From Vulcanimicrobiota bacterium (GTDB taxonomy: Bacteria; Vulcanimicrobiota; Vulcanimicrobiia; Vulcanimicrobiales; Vulcanimicrobiaceae), in NCBI GenBank assembly GCA_963786105.1, contig CAWAXX010000001.1, positions 1 to 64,000 on the forward strand: a DNA stretch of 64,000 bases, in the 5' to 3' direction. The notes below the pieces were generated by a model. It did not search any database. It saw only the letters and a list, made by a program, of their open reading frames with translations, and had not been told where the DNA came from. Made by a program: the position numbers and the translations under genes. This document shows, piece after piece, positions 58,064 through 64,000 of the stretch. Position 1 is the stretch's first letter, and each line of letters starts with the position of its first letter.

Positions 58064-61016
58064 TTAGTGAGGGGGCTGCCGTTCGGCCTTTTCCAGCCGT
58101 CCGGCGAGGGTGACGACCGCCGCATCGGCTTGACTCGTCGGCGGGGCGTCGGCGCCGTCGATGGTGTCGAGAAGAAACGCTGCGGCTTCGTTGATCGAGC
58201 CGAACTCATCGGCGGCCTTGGCATGGCCGGCAGTTTTGGCGGCGCCCGAGTCGCGAAAGCTCCGGTCCATGATCGACGTCAGCGTATGCGCGAGTCCGTA
58301 TTGCGAGGCCAGGGCGGCCGGCGTCATCGACACCCGTGGATCCATCGCGACGACCAGCGGCTGCCGCGTCGTCGTCCCATCGACGTCCAGCTCGACGACG
58401 TAGTTTCCCGGAACTACGAGCGCACCTTCGGGCACGGGCGGCGTATCGTGCGGAACTGCCGAGATCGGCAGGTCTCTAGCCGGCGAAAGCGGGGCGGGCT
58501 CGCGGAGGTCCCAAACGAAGCGATGCATGCCCTGCACCGGTGCCGGGCGGCGAAACGGGCGCTCCCAATACGCCGGTTTATCGAGATCGGGAATTGGCGG
58601 CGGTGCCGGATCGTCGCTAGCGTAGCGCCGTACGATGCGTTGCCGGTCGTCATAGATCGTCACCACCACCCGTCGCGCGTTTGCCGTCAACGCGTAGTCC
58701 AGGATCGCGCCGTCGGGCGGATTCTGCCCGGTCGGCTCCTCGGGCGGCAGCGGCGTGTCGGTATTCAGGCTGCGCCGGACGCGATAGCGCGAGTTCGGGC
58801 AGAAAAAGGTAGGCGCCGCGGTTCTGCGCCAGTCGCCAGATCGCCGTTCGTCCGTGCGAGTGTCCGTAGCGGCGTGACGTCGTCGAGGATCCAGAAACCG
58901 CGGCCGTGCGTCGCGACGATCGCGTCGTTTCCGTGAACGATGATGTCGCGTACCGACGTGTGCGGGAGCCCTTGCTGGAGGCTCTGCCAGTGCGCACCGG
59001 CGTCGAACGAAACGTCCACGCCGTTTTCGGTCGCGGCATAAAGCAATCGAGGTTCTTGCGGATCCTGCCGAACGGCATTTACCGGCTGGTTTGGAAGGCC
59101 GTCGATCGCGAGCTGCCAGTGCGCTCCGCCGTCGCGGGTAACGTACACGTACGGTCGCAGGTCGTCGAGACGAAACCGATTGACGGCCACGAAGGCGGTC
59201 GCGTCGTCGGTGCGGGAGGCGTCGATTTGCGCGATCTTGCTCCACGGCACGAGGCCCGGCGGCGTGATGTCGTGCCAATGCGAACGCCGCCGTCGCGCGT
59301 GATCCACACCAAGCCGTCGTCGGTGCCCGCCCAAATAGTTCCGCGATGGCGGTACGAGGGTGCGATCGCGTAGACGACGCCGCGATGCGTTCCATGTTGC
59401 TGATCGTTGCTTTCGAAGGGCCCGAGGGTTGCCGGCACCGCCGGATGCGCGCGCGTTAGGTCCGGACTGATGACGTGCCAGCGCGCGCCGCCGTCGTCGG
59501 TTTGGAAAACGACGTTCGAGCCGAAGTAGAGCCGGCGTTTGTCGAAACGATCGAACGCCAGCGGTTCGGTTCGAACGACTCGATACGATTTCGACGGTAG
59601 TGCAATCGGGGAGACCTCTTGCGCCTGTCCCGTTCGCTCGACAAAGCGCTCGACTTTTCCGCCGAAGAAGATACCCGGGTGCAGCGGATCGGGAATGACG
59701 TATCCGTATTCTTGCGCTCCCGCAGTGTGCCAATCTCGTTGCGTGATCGCACCCCAGTCGCCGCGACTGCTGACGCATGCCGAACCACTTTCTTGTTGTC
59801 CGCCGCACACCCAGTACGGAAACCGGTCGTCCGCCGACACGTGGTACATTTGCGCCGTCGGCTGGTTGTACCAGGAACTCCAGGTGCGGCCGCCGTTAAC
59901 CGAAATCGTCGCGCCTTGATCGCTCACCAGTCCCACGACGCCAGAGTCGTTGGGATCGATCCAAATGCTGTGATAGTCGTCGCCTCCGGGCGCGCCTTTG
60001 ATCGCCGTAAACGTCTTGCCGCCGTCGCTCGACCGATACGTCGACGTGTTGGTGAGATAGACGACGTTTGCGTCGTGCGGGTCTACCGCGATCGAAACCA
60101 GGTCGTCGCCGCGCTGCGCGATTTGCGGATCGCCGTTGGTTTTCGCGAAGTGGGCGCCGGCATCGACGCTGCGGTAGACGGCGCCGCCGTGGTCTTGCGT
60201 ATCGGCGTATGCGTACACGATCTGCGCGTCGCTTCGGCGCGAGAGCGATTTCCGAACGACCAATTTGCGCGGGAAGGCCGTCGGTGAGTTGCGTCCAGGT
60301 CGTTCCGCCGTCGGTGGACTTGAAGATCCCGCTGCCGGGTATCTCGAACGATCCGCCGATTTCCCACGGGGCTTGACGCGCCGCCCATAACGTCGCAAAC
60401 ACCGTGTTCGGATCGTGCGGATCGAGCACGACGTCGTACGCGCCGGTATTTTCGTTCTTGAACAGCACTCGGGAAAACGAAGCACCGCCGTCGATCGAGC
60501 GATAGATGCCGCGCTCGTCGTTGGGACCGTACGGATGACCGAGCACCGCCACGAAAACGCGATCGGCGTTCTTCGGATCGACGGCGATCGCCGCAATCTG
60601 CCGCCCGTCGCGTAAACCGAGGTGCGTCCAGGTCGCTCCCCGCATCGTTCGACTTATAGATCCCGTCGCCGACGGCAAGGTCCGGACGTTGCAGTCCTTC
60701 GCCGCTGCCGGCATAGATGACGTTTGCGTTACTCGGAGCGATCGCGAGCGCGCCGATCGAACCGGTGGGCTGCGAATCGAAAATCGGCGTCCACGTGCGT
60801 CCGGCGTCGTCGGTCTTCCAGATTCCGCCGTTCACGACGCCGATGTAGAAAAGATTTGGACGACCCGGAACGCCGGCTATCGAGGTCGTCCTGCCACCGC
60901 GCAGCGGACCGACGAATCGCCAGTGTAGATCCTGGTACAGGGCGGGCGACACGCCCGTCAGTCCGGCAATCGCGGTGAGGAGCATTAGCCGGCGCAGCGA
61001 GTGGTGAGGCGATCAA
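58064..61016 (-). CDS. VPS10/BNR-repeat beta-propeller glycosyl-hydrolase-like protein (5-6 frameshifts)
   Basis: WRFVGPLRGGR, repeated S/T-x-D-G/A-G-x-T-W Asp boxes, GGDDYH, QPTAQMYHV, ATHGRGFWILDD, GQNPPDGA, spread over successive ORFs with breaks near 60990, 60635, 60235, 59283, 58835 and 58788. Confidence 0.88.
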
Positions 61017-61904
61017 TGGTGCGTGACTCGGCCGACGAATGCCGCGATCTCACCGAAGGCTTCGCGCGATTCAGGCAGGCTGGAAAAGATATGCCAGACG
61101 TGCGGAACCCCGTCGAACAGACGCAGGCTCGAATCGACGCCGGCCGCGCGAGCCTTGGCGTCGAGACGCACTGCGTCGTCGCGCAACGTCTCGATCGTGC
61201 TGGCCTGAATCATCAGCGGCGGCAAGCCGTGGAGCTCGGCATAGAGTCCGGACGCCAGCGGATCGTCCAGCGGCCGGTCGCCGACGTACGCGTGCGCGAT
61301 TCGCCGCTCGCCACGTTTCGAGACCAGCAGGGTTGCCGCGAGATCGACCCACGGGGCGATCATCACCGCCCCGGCAGGCATGGGCAAACCCGAATCCCGC
61401 AGCGCCAGCATCGTCGAAAGCGCCAGCCCGCCGCCTGCCGAGTCGCCGGCGATCACGATATTGCGCGGCGCGTTTCCCGCGGCGAGGAGCCACCGGTATC
61501 CGGCCACCGCATCGTGGACCGCCGCCGGAAAGCGGTGTTCCGGCGCCAGCCGGTAGTCGAGCGCGAAGACGCGCGCGGTGCAACGCCGGCAAAAGGCGCC
61601 GGTGAGCGAGCGGTACATCGCCGGCGAACCGGCGACGTAGCCGCCGCCGTGCAGGTAGTATACGACGGTCGCCGCGTTGGGTTTGGCGTTGAGAATGACC
61701 CACTCGCCGCGAACGCCCGCCGCACGATCCTCGACCGACGCTCGCGCGAGACCGCGCGGCAGACGACCGAACAACAGCACGCTGCGGCCGATCAGACCGA
61801 CGGTACTTGCGCACGAAATGCGGGCTCGCAACGGTGCGTGCGCCCGGAATTTTAGACGTTACGCGAAGAACCATGCGCAGCGCGCGGGCTCCCAGGCTTG
61901 CCAC
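61013..61904 (-). CDS. Alpha/beta hydrolase, HSL-family esterase (frameshift near 61802)
   Basis: YLHGGGY, DYRLAPEH.FP, GDSAGGGL, E.LRDD, HVWH; removing one C gives a continuous ..VRKYVGLIGR.. Confidence 0.9.
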
Positions 61905-61912
61905 CAGCGCGC

Positions 61913-62594
61913 CTACAGGCGCTTCCCGTTACGCTTGCCGCGGTGCTTTGGTGCGAAGGCCGCTCCGATTTTCCATGACGTCTTGCGCGGTAGCGTCTCG
62001 TCGACGTCGTCGCACCCGATCGGGCTAAAGTCGCGACAATCGTTCGGGCGGCCTTCGTAGATACCGCAATAGTGCCGTCCGCTGCGCGAACCCATAAGAA
62101 ACACGCATTGATCGGAGATATCGTCTCCGACCTTGCGCAGCCAGCCGACGTGGAAAGCCATCGGCCGACGGGCGTTGCACGACGTAGTCGCGCAGGACGT
62201 CGTCGTAACTCAGACCGAGATGCTCGGCGATCCGGCGAACGTCGGCTTTGCTGACGAACGGCTCGTAGCCGCTGCAACATTCGGCGCAGCCTGGCGGACA
62301 AGCGACGTTGTCGGGCATGTCTTTGACATGCTTGCGCGCGAGGTCGATCACTTTGCCGACGGCTCTGACGAACTCCGGGTCGTCGTTGTACTTATAGACC
62401 CATTCGCGTTTGGTGATTTCGTTGGCGTTGTAATAGCGCGTCGTCTTTTCGTCGAACTCGATCGTGATGTGCTCTTCGTCGATTTCGATCTTGTTGACGT
62501 GTTCCAGCGCGCGCGCGTCGAGCAGCTCGGGGTGCGTCGGCTGCCCCGTGCGACGCGCATAGCTCCGCAGGTTAATGAGGTCGATGGTCTCCAT
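61913..62594 (-). CDS. YkgJ-family cysteine-cluster protein (frameshift near 62153)
   Basis: CPPGCAECC plus CVFL, C.IYEGRP..CRDF once one T is removed. Confidence 0.85.
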
Positions 62595-62655
62595 GCGCCA
62601 TTCGATTCCTCCGGCGTGCGGGTGCGGCCTGTAGCCGTGCCAAACATAAGCGGGC

Positions 62656-63622
62656 ATGCGTACGGCTATTGGCGTCGACCTCGGCGGATCGCACGTCACC
62701 GCTGCGGTCGTTACGGACGACGGGACGATACAGCTCCCAGCACGAGCAGGACCTGGAGGACTTGCAGTTTGAGGTCGTCGTCGCAGCGGTGGCGACGCAG
62801 ATCGCGGCGGCTATGAAAGATGCCGGAAGCGGCGTAGCCGGGATCGGCGTAGGTTCGCCGGGCAATATCGATGCCGCATCGGGTGCGGTGCTGTACAGCC
62901 CGAACTTCGGCTGGACGCGAGCGCCACTCGGCGAGACGTTGCGCAAGAAGTTCAGCGTGCCGGTCTTCGTCGGCAACGATGCGCGGTGCGCCACGCTGGG
63001 CGAGCACGCGTTCGGTACGGGCGAGGGGATCAAGGACTTCGTACTCCTGACGCTGGGGACGGGAATCGGCGGCGGTATCGTGGCCGGCGGGCGGTTGATT
63101 CTCGGCAATCGCTGGGGCGCCGGCGAAATCGGGCACCATCAGATTCGTCCGACCGACGGGTTCGTTTGCGGCTGCGGAAAGATCGGATGTTTCGAAGCAC
63201 AGGCGTCGGGAACCGGACTGATCCGCCACGCTTTTGCGGTAGCGCCGTCCTTTCCGCGCAGCAGTCTGCTCGACGTCGCACGCGACAAACTCAGCTCGAA
63301 GAAAATCCGCAAGGCGGCGCAAGCCGGCGACAAGCACGCAACCGCGGCCTGGAAGAATTTCATTGCCGATCTCGCGATCGGCCTCGCGAACGTCATCGCC
63401 TTCGTCAATCCGGAAAAGATCGCACTTGGCGGCGGCGTTTCAACGGCTGCCGACTTCATGCTCGATGCCGTGCGCGGCCCGGTAGACGACCTGACGACGA
63501 TGGTTCCAAAAGGCACGACGGAGATCGCGATCGCGCGGCTCGGAAACAACGCCGGGCAAGTCGGCGCGGCGACCATGGTGTTTCGCGGCGGCTTGACGGC
63601 CGGCGATGCCGTCTCCGCGTAA
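62656..63622 (+). CDS. ROK family sugar kinase (frameshift near 62732)
   Basis: MRTAIGVDLGGSH in one frame; NDARCA.LGE, LGTGIGGG, GEIGH, CGCGKIGCFE in the next. Confidence 0.92.
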
Positions 63623-64000
63623 GCTCGCGTTAATCACGGGCGCTTCCGGCGGCATGGGCGCCGAGTACGCCAAACTGCTCGCCGCCGATGGATACGATCT
63701 CGCATTGGTCGCTCGATCTCGTGAAAAGCTCGAGGCCGCCGGCGCCGCGATTCGCGCGCACTTTGGCGTCGACGTTATGCCGATCGTTGCAGACCTCTCG
63801 GTCGTCGACGCCGCCGACGCCGTTGCCGCACGCGTTCCGCAATGCGACGTGCTGATCAACAATGCTGGGTTTGCAACCAACGGACGCTTCGAGCGTATCG
63901 CCGAAGAGCGTATGACTCAGGAAATCGTGCTCGACGTTCTGACGTTGACGCGACTGACGCGTAAGTACGTTCCCGGAATGATCGCACGCCGCGCAGGCAA
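63606..64000 (+). CDS. SDR family oxidoreductase (partial, runs off the window)
   Basis: ALITGASGGMG, LVARS, DVLINNAGF. Confidence 0.92.
   Translation, partial: MPSPRKLALITGASGGMGAEYAKLLAADGYDLALVARSREKLEAAGAAIRAHFGVDVMPIVADLSVVDAADAVAARVPQCDVLINNAGFATNGRFERIAEERMTQEIVLDVLTLTRLTRKYVPGMIARRAG

Overview
GC-rich bacterial chromosome segment. The protein families suggest Eremiobacterota/Vulcanimicrobiota (WPS-2); this is an inference, not a search result. The left ~9.6 kb is a mosaic accessory region. It holds two identical 32-bp copies of a tRNA-Sec 3' end (att-like scars, each with its own arm-like tandem repeats) that bracket an intact tRNA-Val(TAC). It also holds a degenerate ~260-300-nt non-coding element in two full copies and one relic, bounded by a GGGGTG/CACCCC hairpin next to TGAGTC, plus a KGG-motif ORF, gene remnants and orphan secreted proteins. 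The rest is core-like. It encodes a DUF4139 protein, a phosphoesterase, APC/MFS/NRAMP transporters, ettA, a LaoAB-like GMC pair, an ECF sigma/RskA pair and a sirtuin. It also carries a two-part putative amino-sugar catabolic locus (GH20, permease-PDZ fusion, M20, hydantoinase-A-like; FAD oxidoreductase, HEXXH protein, sugar kinase, nanE) and an A2-type caa3 oxidase operon with two unknown small membrane ORFs plus ctaA/ctaB. A general-stress cluster (TopIB, STAS, Crp, two lmo0937 paralogs) shows SigB/SigF-like promoter motifs, followed by prfC and metabolic genes. About 14 frameshifts, mostly single-base insertions and denser toward the right end, break conserved genes and are probably long-read errors. 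No CRISPR array, rRNA or intact integrase/transposase was seen. All family calls are by motif recognition; no searches were run.
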